Below are positions 35,705 to 45,448 of a stretch of DNA of 64,000 bases, one piece after another (position 1 is the first letter of the stretch; every line of letters begins with the position of its first letter). Source of the stretch: Archaeoglobaceae archaeon (GTDB lineage Archaea > Halobacteriota > Archaeoglobi > Archaeoglobales > Archaeoglobaceae); the NCBI GenBank assembly GCA_027036775.1, contig JALWDS010000044.1, positions 6,260 through 70,259 of the forward strand, written 5' to 3'. The position numbers and the translations under genes are program-made. Below the pieces are notes generated by a model that made no database searches, was not told where the DNA came from, and saw only the letters and a program-made list of their open reading frames with translations.

Positions 35705-36328
35705 ATGGATTTTGGAGAATTGGTTGTTGAAAACGCGTCGAAAATAGTCGAATTCCTGAGAATTCTGCCGAAGGTTTTAGAGGAGCAGAAGGATAGAATA
35801 AACGCCTTCGTCGAAATGATAAGAAACGCTAAGGCCATTCACGTTTACGGGGTTGGGAGAAGCGGAGCGGTAGCGTTGTGCTTTGCGATAAGGTTGAAGC
35901 ACTTCGAAAAGGCTCTGGGTTGCAAGGTTTGGTGGGTGGGTGACGAGGTTAGGGAGAAGATCGAGGAGGGTGATTTGCTCGTAGCGTTTTCTGGCTCTGG
36001 AGAAACTGCAGAGGTTTTGATAGTTGCGGAGAGGGCAAAAGACGCCAACGCTAAGGTCGTAGCTATAACGTCCTTCGAGGATTCGAGCTTGGCAAAGATA
36101 GCGGACTTGGTTGTAAAGATTCCCGGGGGTTTGGAGAAGGGGAAGGGTTGGAAGTATCTTGAGGCACAGCTCGTCGAAGGGTTTTACGGCGGAGGAAAGT
36201 TCGAACTCCTCTCATACGTTTTTCAAGAGGTTTTGATAAACGCTATAGGAGAATACTTCAAGATTCCAAAGGATTTGGTTATAAAGGAGCACGAGAGGGA
36301 CTCTATACGTAAAAGACCATCCTCGTAA
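35705..36328 (+). CDS. SIS-domain sugar isomerase (PHI-like paralogue)
   Basis: GVGRSG, AIRLKH, SGSGET. Confidence 0.8.
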   Translation: MDFGELVVENASKIVEFLRILPKVLEEQKDRINAFVEMIRNAKAIHVYGVGRSGAVALCFAIRLKHFEKALGCKVWWVGDEVREKIEEGDLLVAFSGSGETAEVLIVAERAKDANAKVVAITSFEDSSLAKIADLVVKIPGGLEKGKGWKYLEAQLVEGFYGGGKFELLSYVFQEVLINAIGEYFKIPKDLVIKEHERDSIRKRPSS

Positions 36329-37091
36329 CGTCCCTCGTTGCCGGAGCCAAACCCAAGACGAGGAGAACGAACTTCACGAAGTTTCTCAGCTGGTAGTTCT
36401 CCTCCCTTTCAATTATCCACAGAATCGCCACGAAAACTGCGAACTTCACAGGTATTAGTATCCAAGCACCGAACTTGTTTACTAAAATTCTTGGAACAAC
36501 GTGGAGTTCCCAGTAACCCAGATAGGTTATCCCGTAAAATGTCGCACTCGCGTCGAGCATGTGGGAGAAGAAGAGAAGAATCCCCATTCCATCAGTTCCA
36601 ATCCTCCTCGAAATCGGATAAAACACGGCGGTAAGGGAGATCGCAAAGGTTAAGGGAATGAAGAGAGCATCTAAGTGCCTCACCCTCAGATTTAGGAGGA
36701 GAAAGGAGAGCGTAAACGTTGCGAGGACCGATCCTAACGTGCAGTGGAAAACCCAATACCTCTCCCCCCTGAGCTTGAGAGAAGTTAAGAGGGAAGCGAA
36801 GGTGACGAGGAATACCAAGACGTAGATGAAGGGGGACATCAGCATGTAAGATAGAGGGGGCTTTACGAATCCCGCATCCTCGAATATTCTGAGAAAGGAT
36901 CCGAAGAGGACGTATGGAACGTTCGATAGAAAGAAGCGTTCGTCGAATCTGATCCTTTTGGATAGAAATCTGTAGAGGTAGTAAACTGCAACTACGAGTA
37001 TGAGAGCCCAAGTTGCGGTGTTTACGGGATTGTAGCCCGTTTTGTAAACTATGGAGTCGATGTAATACTTCTTCACGAACTCCCAGATCAT
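36303..37091 (-). CDS. DUF63 family membrane protein
   Basis: GYNPVNT, HMLDA, ELHVVP, LGLAPATRD. Confidence 0.85.
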   Translation of the reverse strand: MIWEFVKKYYIDSIVYKTGYNPVNTATWALILVVAVYYLYRFLSKRIRFDERFFLSNVPYVLFGSFLRIFEDAGFVKPPLSYMLMSPFIYVLVFLVTFASLLTSLKLRGERYWVFHCTLGSVLATFTLSFLLLNLRVRHLDALFIPLTFAISLTAVFYPISRRIGTDGMGILLFFSHMLDASATFYGITYLGYWELHVVPRILVNKFGAWILIPVKFAVFVAILWIIEREENYQLRNFVKFVLLVLGLAPATRDVTRMVFYV

Positions 37092-37161
37092 CGTCCGCAA
37101 TTTGGTTCGGGATTTAAAGCGTTTTGCAAAACGTTATTTTAAACCTCGACTACGCTTGACG

Positions 37162-39042
37162 ATGATGTGCAAAGTCGTCGATAGGGAAATCCCCAAGTTC
37201 AAGCACAGGTGGTTCGGAACCCTTACCGTTGAATGCGAGGGGGAGAGGTTCGTTCTATATTCCGCTGGAATTTCGAAGTGGATAAAGGTTGGAGAAAAGG
37301 TAGAGTTGATTCCGAAGGCAAAGCCGAAGGAGATAAGGGGAATTAAAACGTTTTTGTTCGAGGATTACGAACTATACAAGTTCTACGAGGGAGAGAAGGT
37401 AAAGGTGTGGCCCTACTGGGTTAAGGAAGTAGAACTACCGAGATACAGCCCCTTCGGCAACGAGATATACAGATACAGAATAAGGGCGAGAGAAGCGGTT
37501 TTCGAATCGGATTTTGAGGCCATTGCGGAGCTCGAACAGTTTCACTATGCATCGGAGAAGGAGAAGGTTGCTATATGGAGATGCGAGAAGTGCGGGGAGA
37601 TAGTTGAGGCCAACACGAAGCCGAAATGTCCGAAGTGCGGAGAAGAGATGACAATTGCGGAGATAAAGGGTTCCACACCTGCATCCCGCTTTCTGATTCT
37701 CGAACTTCTGAACAGAGAGGAATACGAGCCGAAGTTCTTAGCCTACGTCAGGGTTGATCCTCCGATTCCCTTAATGCACCGCAGACTACCAGATGGAAGG
37801 ATTGAGAGGAACGTTAGGGAGAGGGTTTTTCCGAGGGAGTGGTTCTATCCAGTTTACAGCCCAGAACTGCTCATGAGGAAGATGTTTAGGGAGTTGAAAA
37901 AGAGGTTCAGCAAGAGGGTTGCGAGGCACAAGCTTTGGGAGATGGCGAGCATAAAGGCCTTAGATGTTAGCAACACCGCATGCTCGAGAATTGCGAGGGT
38001 TGTAGTCCATCCAGATTACAGGTCCGACGGTATAGGGGTTACGGCGGTAAAACTTGCGGTTGAGTGGATTGAAGAGAGGAGAGTTCCGGAGATGAGAAAG
38101 AGGAAGCATTTGGTTGAAACCATAGCTCAAATGGCGAGGTTCAATCCCTTCTTCGAGAAGGTTGGTTTCAGATACGTGTGGGATACCGCATCTGGAAGAC
38201 CAGTTCTTTACTATCCGTTGAGCGAAGAGGCAAGGAGGTATCTGGAGGAGTTCTTCGAAAGAGACGAGTATGCGAGAATTCACAGAGGTAGGCTCTGCGT
38301 TTCGAGATACGGAAAGGTCGAGGAGTTGAAAGGGCCGATAGTGTTCAGAAACGTTACGAAGATTTTCGAAAACAGACTCGACCTTTCGAACGTTAGCGAA
38401 GAGATAAGGTTTCTTTTGTCGGCATTTGGTGTGAAGTCGAGAGTAATTCAGCGTTGCGTCCTAAGGAACGCATCTTTCGAAATAAAGCCGAAGGAGGTTG
38501 TTGCGGTAATAGGTGCGAGCGGTGCTGGAAAGACGACACTCTTAAGGCTTATTTACGGTGCCATAACCGGTGGTGAAAAGCCCACGTCTGGAGAGATAGA
38601 GGTTGAGAGGTGCAAGGTTTCAGCTTTGATCCCTCAGGAGGTGGAGCCGGAATTCGGTGAAGAAAGCGTAATAGAACACGTATACAAAAAGTGCGGGGAC
38701 ATATACACTGCTGTAGAGATATTGAACAAGTGCGGTCTGTCAGATGCGGTCTTATACAGGGCGAGGTTCAAGGAGCTTTCAACGGGACAGAAGGAGAGAG
38801 CCAAACTTGCATCTCTCTTAGCCGAAAAACCGAGTTTGATACTCATAGACGAGTTTGCATCTCATTTGGATACGTTAACCGCCATGAGGGTAGCCAAAAA
38901 GTTTGGAGAACTCGTGAGAGGTGCTGGGATTACCGCTGTAATAGTTACCCACAGAAGGGAGGTCGTTGAGGCTATGGGCGTGGACAAGATAATTTATGTG
39001 GGATACGGTATAGCGAAAGTCCATGATACTTTTCGTGTGTAG
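37162..39042 (+). CDS. GNAT acetyltransferase fused to ABC-type ATPase (COG2401-like)
   Basis: RIARVVVHPDYRSDGIG (GNAT), Zn ribbon, GASGAGKTT, LSTGQKER, IDEF. Confidence 0.85.
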   Translation: MMCKVVDREIPKFKHRWFGTLTVECEGERFVLYSAGISKWIKVGEKVELIPKAKPKEIRGIKTFLFEDYELYKFYEGEKVKVWPYWVKEVELPRYSPFGNEIYRYRIRAREAVFESDFEAIAELEQFHYASEKEKVAIWRCEKCGEIVEANTKPKCPKCGEEMTIAEIKGSTPASRFLILELLNREEYEPKFLAYVRVDPPIPLMHRRLPDGRIERNVRERVFPREWFYPVYSPELLMRKMFRELKKRFSKRVARHKLWEMASIKALDVSNTACSRIARVVVHPDYRSDGIGVTAVKLAVEWIEERRVPEMRKRKHLVETIAQMARFNPFFEKVGFRYVWDTASGRPVLYYPLSEEARRYLEEFFERDEYARIHRGRLCVSRYGKVEELKGPIVFRNVTKIFENRLDLSNVSEEIRFLLSAFGVKSRVIQRCVLRNASFEIKPKEVVAVIGASGAGKTTLLRLIYGAITGGEKPTSGEIEVERCKVSALIPQEVEPEFGEESVIEHVYKKCGDIYTAVEILNKCGLSDAVLYRARFKELSTGQKERAKLASLLAEKPSLILIDEFASHLDTLTAMRVAKKFGELVRGAGITAVIVTHRREVVEAMGVDKIIYVGYGIAKVHDTFRV

Positions 39043-39403
39043 AGGTAACGCGTCGAGGTCTCAGATGGCCGAAGCGATAGCAAAACATCTGAGCAATTTG
39101 GAATTCGAGAGTGCGGGAATAAAACCAGCCGAAAGGATTTCGAGTAAGGTCAAGGCCGTCTTAAAGGAGATCGGGATTGAGTGGAACGGAAAGCCGAAAC
39201 CATTAACTGAGGAGATGATAGAAAGGGCGGATTTGATAGTTGCGATGTGCGATGGTGATTTCCCCAAGGATAAAACGATATACTGGGATATACCAGACCC
39301 GATGGGTAAGGATTTGGAATTTTACAGAAGGGTGAGGGACGAGATATACAGAAAGATTGAGGAACTTTTAAATATTCTCGATCGAAATCGGAAAAGTCCA
39401 TGA
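39023..39403 (+). CDS. arsC: Low-molecular-weight PTPase/arsenate reductase family protein
   Basis: FVCRGNASRSQMAE, DIPDP. Confidence 0.8.
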   Translation: MILFVCRGNASRSQMAEAIAKHLSNLEFESAGIKPAERISSKVKAVLKEIGIEWNGKPKPLTEEMIERADLIVAMCDGDFPKDKTIYWDIPDPMGKDLEFYRRVRDEIYRKIEELLNILDRNRKSP

Positions 39404-40203
39404 GGATAGCCTACAAGATTGCCTACATCGGAACGAACTTTCACGGCTTTCAGTATCAGCCCAACGTTAGAACCGTCGCTGGTGAACTCTTTAAAGCCTT
39501 CAAGGAATTGGGAATAGATCACAAGAAAGCAAAGTTCAGATGTGCTGGAAGGACAGATGCCGGAGTTCACGCTTTTGGTCAGGTTGTAGCTATAAACGTT
39601 GAGAAACCCATATTTCCGAGGGTTTTCAATGCACACTTGCCAGAGGATATAACGTTCTGGGCGTGGAGTGAGGTTGATGATGACTTCAATCCGAGAAAGG
39701 CGAAGAGCAGAACTTACATGTATGTGATGCCAGCTGAAGGTTACGACATCTCCGCAATGAGAAAGGCATCTAAACTCCTTCTTGGAACTCACGACTTCTC
39801 AAACTTTACCAAGAAGTTTGGAGAACGGAGGAGATGCATTAGAACTATATACAGCGTCGAGCTTAGGTTGGATGACGGCTTCATAGTTTTCGAAATAGTG
39901 GGTAACGCGTTCACTTGGAACATGGTGAGGTGTATAGTTTCCGCTTTGAGCGAAGTGGGGAGCGGTCACAGGAGTGTCGATTGGTTCAGGGACCTGCTTA
40001 ATCCAGAGAAGCATAGGGAGAGAGTTGAGCCAGCTCCAGCTTACGGGCTGATTTTGAAGGACGTGGAATACGAGAACGTCGAATTCGAGGTCGACGAATA
40101 CGCTTGGAAAACGTTGATGCAAAGAATAAAAGAGATTGTCGAGTTTCACGGAACGATATACAAGCTCTTCTCCCAGTTCAAGCCTTTATCTGGTCTGGAT
40201 TGA
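39400..40203 (+). CDS. truA: tRNA pseudouridine(38-40) synthase
   Basis: [30 protein letters not shown]. Confidence 0.95.
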   Translation: MRIAYKIAYIGTNFHGFQYQPNVRTVAGELFKAFKELGIDHKKAKFRCAGRTDAGVHAFGQVVAINVEKPIFPRVFNAHLPEDITFWAWSEVDDDFNPRKAKSRTYMYVMPAEGYDISAMRKASKLLLGTHDFSNFTKKFGERRRCIRTIYSVELRLDDGFIVFEIVGNAFTWNMVRCIVSALSEVGSGHRSVDWFRDLLNPEKHRERVEPAPAYGLILKDVEYENVEFEVDEYAWKTLMQRIKEIVEFHGTIYKLFSQFKPLSGLD

Positions 40204-40483
40204 AACCCTTCTTGATCAGAAGCTCCTTGACCCTTGCGACGTGATTTCCTTGAAGTTCTATGACGCCGTTCTTGACGGTTCCACCGCAGGCCAACTTGGT
40301 TTTCAAAAACTTGGCCAACTCTTCGAGGTTTATCTGACTTCCGTCTATCCCCTCTATTATCGTCACTTCCTTCCCGTATCTCCTCTTGACTACCTTTATC
40401 GTTATCTGCTGTTGCTCCTTCGCCACCTCCTCGCACACGCACAGGTCTTTAGGCAGACCGCAAATCGGACATATATCGCTCAT
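40178..40483 (-). CDS. sui1: Translation initiation factor SUI1/aIF1
   Basis: [26 protein letters not shown]. Confidence 0.95.
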   Translation of the reverse strand: MSDICPICGLPKDLCVCEEVAKEQQQITIKVVKRRYGKEVTIIEGIDGSQINLEELAKFLKTKLACGGTVKNGVIELQGNHVARVKELLIKKGFNPDQIKA

Positions 40484-40561
40484 TCTCCCCCTATCCCTCC
40501 TAAACCTTTTTACATGATTTTAATCCGACAACCATTTTAAATTTTCGGTCGCCTTCCGTTC

Positions 40562-41080
40562 ATGGATATACCTTCGGACGTTTTGAAAGTCTGGGACAAA
40601 TACGGTTTACCAGAAAACGTGAGAAGGCACTGCGTGAAGGTTGCTGAAGTTGCCCTAAAGCTTGCGGATCGCTTCAACGTCGATAAAAATGCTGTAAAGT
40701 TGGGGGCTTTGTTGCACGACGTCGGAAGGGCGATAACGCACGGCTTGGAGCACTTCATTCACACTGGGGAGATACTCAGAAGGGAGGGGTTCGATGAGAG
40801 GATAGTCAGAATTGCGGAGAGGCACTTCGCATGTGGAATTACCAAGGAGGAAGCCAAAAGGCTGGGATTGAATGTTGACAGGGATTACGTGCCAGAAACC
40901 CTTGAGGAGAAGATCGTCTGCATGGCGGACAACTTGGTTGAGGGGGATAGAGAGGTCAGCTTCGAACATTTCATGAGAAAGCTTGAGAGGCTCAAGAGGG
41001 AGAAGCCAGAGACGGCGTGGTTTACCGAAAAAACTATTGAGAGGGCTTTAAGGCTTAAGGAGGAGTTGATGATCGATTGA
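40562..41080 (+). CDS. HD-domain (HDIG) protein
   Basis: HC...LLHDVGR...H...ERH...EEKIVCMAD. Confidence 0.88.
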   Translation: MDIPSDVLKVWDKYGLPENVRRHCVKVAEVALKLADRFNVDKNAVKLGALLHDVGRAITHGLEHFIHTGEILRREGFDERIVRIAERHFACGITKEEAKRLGLNVDRDYVPETLEEKIVCMADNLVEGDREVSFEHFMRKLERLKREKPETAWFTEKTIERALRLKEELMID

Positions 41081-41114
41081 GAATTTATTTATTTCCTAAC
41101 TCCAACCCGATTAG

Positions 41115-42128
41115 GTGAAGATAGTTGAGGAGAACTTGAGGGGCAAGAAGGGGGAGATAAAGCTTATCCCGGAGAGCTTGGACGATCTTTGGCATCTGAA
41201 ATACATAATAGAACCCAAGGATGTAGTTTACTCTTGGACCAAGAGGGTAAGAGAAAGTAATGACAAGCTCAGGAGCGACAAGGAGAAGGTTACCGTAAGA
41301 CTGGGGGTGGAGGTCGAGAAGGTCGAGTTTCACAGATTTGCGAACAGGTTGAGGATAACTGGAAAAATAGTCGAGGGAGTTGAGGATTCCGGCTATCACA
41401 CACTGAACATCACCGTAGGCAAGGAGTTGAGCGTGATCAAGGAGTGGAAGGACGAGCAGTTGAAGAGGTTGAAGATTGCAACTCAAAAAAGGCCAGAGGT
41501 TGTCATAGTTACGATTGAGGAGGGTGAGGCCGTAGTTGGAATAGTTAGGGAGTGGGGAGTTGAGGAGGTTTTCGACGTTAGGAGGAGCTACGGAAAGGAG
41601 AGCGGTGAAAGGATGGAGTTCTTCCACGAAGTTATGAGACAGCTTGAGAGCTTGGAATTCAACTACTTGGTCGTTGCTGGCCCGGGATTTACGAAGGAGG
41701 ACTTTGCAAAGTTTTTGAAGGAGAAAAAGCCGGAATGGAAGGTTTTGACGAGCGACGCATCCACGATTGGCGTTAGGGGGTTTGTCGAGGTCGTTAAGAG
41801 GGGGATTTTGGATAGGATTGGAAGGGAGGTGAGGTTAAAGGAGGAGGCGGAGTATGTAGAGAGATTGCTGGAGGGAATTGCCAAGGGTGAAAGGGCCACT
41901 TACGGGCTTGAAGATGTGAAAAGGGCCTACGAATACGGAGCGATAGATGTTTTGCTCGTAGCGGATGAGTTTTTGAGGGAGGAGAGGGAGAGGTGGGATA
42001 TAGACGGCTTTTTGAGAGAAGTCGAGAGTATGGGTGGTAAAATCGTTATCGTCAGTTCCGAATTCGAACCGGGAAGGATTCTGATGAGTCTGGGTGGGAT
42101 CGGAGCTCTGCTTAGGTTTTCCATTTAG
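41115..42128 (+). CDS. pelA: mRNA surveillance protein pelota
   Basis: PESLDDLWHL, RLRITG, YHTLN, AGPGFTK, GGIGALLRF. Confidence 0.95.
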   Translation: MKIVEENLRGKKGEIKLIPESLDDLWHLKYIIEPKDVVYSWTKRVRESNDKLRSDKEKVTVRLGVEVEKVEFHRFANRLRITGKIVEGVEDSGYHTLNITVGKELSVIKEWKDEQLKRLKIATQKRPEVVIVTIEEGEAVVGIVREWGVEEVFDVRRSYGKESGERMEFFHEVMRQLESLEFNYLVVAGPGFTKEDFAKFLKEKKPEWKVLTSDASTIGVRGFVEVVKRGILDRIGREVRLKEEAEYVERLLEGIAKGERATYGLEDVKRAYEYGAIDVLLVADEFLREERERWDIDGFLREVESMGGKIVIVSSEFEPGRILMSLGGIGALLRFSI

Positions 42129-45013
42129 GTTGTCGGTAGATAGCCGACTACCACCTCGTCGAGTATCGGAGTCTCAGTGTTGTCGGTGGTGTTTAGGTAA
42201 ACCATCCATTGGACGTATCTACCAACGACGTTCTTTGAAGTTAGATCGAAGGTTTTTCCATCGCTCGCGTAACCGACGAATATCCAATTGGGTGTCGAGT
42301 CGTTGGGATCGAAGGATTGGTTGCTCGCCCTAACGTAGAAGCTCATCTCCGTTGATGCGGGAAGCGATCCGTTCCACTGTAGGAAGTAGATTGTGGAGTT
42401 CTGCCCCAAGTCTTCAACGTAGGATTTAACGTATCCGTTCGTCGAGTAGTTCGGGGTTTGTTCTCCGCCCACGCTCACGGTCGGTTCCGTATCAGCTTTC
42501 TTCCTCGGCCAAAACATTATGCTGTTGTGGTTGTTCCAGTTCGATGCGGATTCATCGTCGGACGTGGTAATGAGGGTGTAATGCGTTCCGTCACCGTAAC
42601 TGACACCTATCACTGGTGTGTCGTCTGTTGATGAATAACCTCTTATGCTACCGTAGTCGAACCTAATCAAACCGTTTTGATACAGAACGACCGCAAAGTT
42701 TTGCTCACCGTTGTATGATCCAAACCCAACCCAGTAATAAAAGGTCGTGTGCCACCTTATGTAAACTCCGCTACCGAACTCGTCGGAGTAGCTTGAATTT
42801 ACGTAGATGTCGTATCCACTAATATCGGTTCTCAGATCCGCCCAAAACGGAGCTATCATGTTCCTGCTCGTAAGCTCGTTTACGTAGCTCGACCAATCTG
42901 CCGAATTGTATTGACCGACGTAACCGTTACTGCACACGTATATCGTGTTGTATGCCGTTGAGTAGAACGGGAAGGAAAACGGTAAATCTAACGTCCAGAC
43001 CGCATCATCACCGTTCCAATTCATGGCGGTTCCCGTTGTCGTAAAGAGTTGGGAGGGCATGTACCACGGCTCGTAGTATATCGTGTAGCCTGTCCCGTCA
43101 CTTGCCGGTAGTTGCGTCATAACCTTCGTTAAACCGTAATGAGTTGAGTCAAATGTCGCATTTGGGTTACCGTAATACATGTAGATAGTTTTGTTCTCGC
43201 TTGCATTTATCAACGGCACTTTAACCCAAATTATCGCCTGCTGATTCACGGAATCCCACTCTTCTATCCAGTAGTTTAAGAGGGTTACGCCGTCCGAATC
43301 AGTAAACCTCACGTCGCTTCCGTCTGGGTTTGCCTTTGAGAAATCGAAGTTCGTAGAATCTAAAACGACCTTGATCTGGTAGTCCGTTAAGGTGTTACCC
43401 GAATTCTCCTGAACGTATATGGGTCTTCTGTAACTCCATCCTACAAGCCAATTCGATGATGGCTTGAGTGTAACGTAGGCGTCTCCACCCGTTTCGTTCA
43501 TCACGGTCGTGTTGAACAGGTAACACCTGCTAAAGTTCAGGTAGTCCGAAACAATCCAAACCAGGGTCTTGTAAGCCTTAACCACTGCGGTATCTCCGGA
43601 GAACCATGAGAGGACGTAGGCCTGAATTAGCTTGAGGTAACTACCACCGAATACTGTATCGTTGACAGTTAGATTCGAGGAAACCCAGCCACTATCGTTC
43701 GTTTGGCTTTCGCTGGGATTGAAAGATGCGTTTTCCAAGCTCTGATCCGTAGCGAATTGGACGTTCACGCCGACAACCTTGGGAGTAGTGTAGGCCCTCA
43801 TCTCCAAGCTCTTTTGAGTTTCCCAAGGCATAAACGTTAGAACGTATTCGTGATTCTCCCATTGAATCGTGTATGGAGTTGTGACGTTTCCTCCAGCGGT
43901 TGGAGTAACCGTTACGTTGTAAACGACCGTCAATCCGTCACACGTGAACTTCACTTCACCGGATAGGGTTGTTGACGTCCTATCAACTGCGTCGAATCTC
44001 ACGTAAAACTCTCCGTTTTGGTCGGTGTAACCGCTCGTTTTGTCAACAGTTCCTATACCACCCGAAACATCTACGCTAACGGAGGCGTTGCTTAAAGGAT
44101 TCAAAAATCTGTCCAAAACTCTAACTCCCAAAACAACGCTTTGACCGGGGGACACTACGATTGGATCAACGTCTTTGTATTCTCCGACCTTCACCATGTA
44201 TTTCGGATTCAACTTCTCAAACGTTACGCCTTCGTAGGATGAAACCGTCGTATGGAAACCCTTCAAAATGTAGAGGTAGTAGAATTTGACGTTGACGTCG
44301 TTCAACTGGACTGAAACCTTATAGTTTCCGTTCTCTTCAACTATCGTCGGTGAGTAACCCATACTCCTTAAAGTTCTCTCCCAATAGTTTGGAAACTTGG
44401 TGTAGAACTCAACGTTCACGTTTTGAACGTGAAGACCTCTAACACCTTTTGGAGTTGAAACGGGAACTACTATGAGATTTACGGGTCTGTTCGAGCTGAA
44501 GGAGTTGAACGTGGCGTTTATTATGTAAACGTTCAGAAATCCTTTGCCGAACGTCTTCTGATCGCTCAAGGTCCAATTTATTCTACCTACGACCTTGAAA
44601 ATTGCTGTGTTTTCGTAAACCAATTTAGCATTGGGAAAGGCAAAGTAGTTCAGAGTTATGTTTATCCTCGAACTCGTTTCGTTTAAAACGAAATCTCTAC
44701 CATCTACTTTGAATCCAGAAACGTTTATCCAAAACCTCTCAACCGAAATCGAACAGGCCCTACTTTGAGGTGTCAAAAGGAAGGGATACTTCGGATACTC
44801 AACGCCTAAATCTAAAGAAACCGAAGAAAGCTCTCCCTCAGTAATAACGCTATCGAGAGAGTATAGCTCTTGAGTGACTTTGTTTTCGTGTTTGAGCTCG
44901 ACATCCTTCAAAATCGAGGGAACGAGTCTGGTCTGAACTACCGCGAGGAAGATCATGCCTATGAGCATGAGCAGAATGAAACCCAAGAGGACCGAAACTC
45001 CCTTCGAGTTCAC
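42125..45013 (-). CDS. Large surface protein: class III signal peptide, Ig-like domain, DUF2341 domain
   Basis: KGVSVLLGFILL N-terminus; Ig-like TDQNGEF; DUF2341-like DGSDVRFTD...YWIE...WVKVP...YYGN; IAPFWADL. Start codon uncertain (45013 or 45034). Confidence 0.8.
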   Translation of the reverse strand: MNSKGVSVLLGFILLMLIGMIFLAVVQTRLVPSILKDVELKHENKVTQELYSLDSVITEGELSSVSLDLGVEYPKYPFLLTPQSRACSISVERFWINVSGFKVDGRDFVLNETSSRINITLNYFAFPNAKLVYENTAIFKVVGRINWTLSDQKTFGKGFLNVYIINATFNSFSSNRPVNLIVVPVSTPKGVRGLHVQNVNVEFYTKFPNYWERTLRSMGYSPTIVEENGNYKVSVQLNDVNVKFYYLYILKGFHTTVSSYEGVTFEKLNPKYMVKVGEYKDVDPIVVSPGQSVVLGVRVLDRFLNPLSNASVSVDVSGGIGTVDKTSGYTDQNGEFYVRFDAVDRTSTTLSGEVKFTCDGLTVVYNVTVTPTAGGNVTTPYTIQWENHEYVLTFMPWETQKSLEMRAYTTPKVVGVNVQFATDQSLENASFNPSESQTNDSGWVSSNLTVNDTVFGGSYLKLIQAYVLSWFSGDTAVVKAYKTLVWIVSDYLNFSRCYLFNTTVMNETGGDAYVTLKPSSNWLVGWSYRRPIYVQENSGNTLTDYQIKVVLDSTNFDFSKANPDGSDVRFTDSDGVTLLNYWIEEWDSVNQQAIIWVKVPLINASENKTIYMYYGNPNATFDSTHYGLTKVMTQLPASDGTGYTIYYEPWYMPSQLFTTTGTAMNWNGDDAVWTLDLPFSFPFYSTAYNTIYVCSNGYVGQYNSADWSSYVNELTSRNMIAPFWADLRTDISGYDIYVNSSYSDEFGSGVYIRWHTTFYYWVGFGSYNGEQNFAVVLYQNGLIRFDYGSIRGYSSTDDTPVIGVSYGDGTHYTLITTSDDESASNWNNHNSIMFWPRKKADTEPTVSVGGEQTPNYSTNGYVKSYVEDLGQNSTIYFLQWNGSLPASTEMSFYVRASNQSFDPNDSTPNWIFVGYASDGKTFDLTSKNVVGRYVQWMVYLNTTDNTETPILDEVVVGYLPTT

Positions 45014-45048
45014 GAATAAAGTTGAACGGTTCAAATAAAAAAATATCG

Positions 45049-45258
45049 TTATCCACCCGATATGACCCTCATAACGGTTATCTCCCCCTCTTCGACGAAA
45101 TCGTCCACGGGAACGGGTTTGCCATCTTTAACGACGACGACCGTTTCGGGATTTATACCCAACCTCTTGAGGAGATCGTGGTATCTCATCCCTTTCTCAA
45201 CCTCAACCTCTTCAAAATCTTTCTCGAAACCGCCCAAAAATCTAATCTTGACCCTCAT
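45049..45258 (-). CDS. ThiS/MoaD/SAMP ubiquitin-like protein
   Basis: 69 aa ending VISGG. Confidence 0.88.
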   Translation of the reverse strand: MRVKIRFLGGFEKDFEEVEVEKGMRYHDLLKRLGINPETVVVVKDGKPVPVDDFVEEGEITVMRVISGG

Positions 45259-45418
45259 CTTCCTTCAAAACCTCATCCGCAACCTTTTCCAAATCCGTCT
45301 TGGGATTCTTTGCGTCTTCCTTGAGTTCTTCAAGTTCTTCAAGTATCTCCTTCTCCTCCTTCAGCTTCTCCTTTTCCAAGCCCTTGTTCTTCCAAGACTT
45401 CCAATCGAATGTTCTCAT
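45242..45418 (-). CDS. Small charged hypothetical protein (58 aa, not in ORF track)
   Basis: MRTFDWKSWKNKGLEKEKLKEEKEILEELEELKEDAKNPKTDLEKVADEVLKEDEGQD; TATA-like TTTATTAA about 25 bp upstream. Confidence 0.6.
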   Translation of the reverse strand: MRTFDWKSWKNKGLEKEKLKEEKEILEELEELKEDAKNPKTDLEKVADEVLKEDEGQD

Positions 45419-45448
45419 GCCCTTAGTTTGTATCGAAGGTTAATAAAC

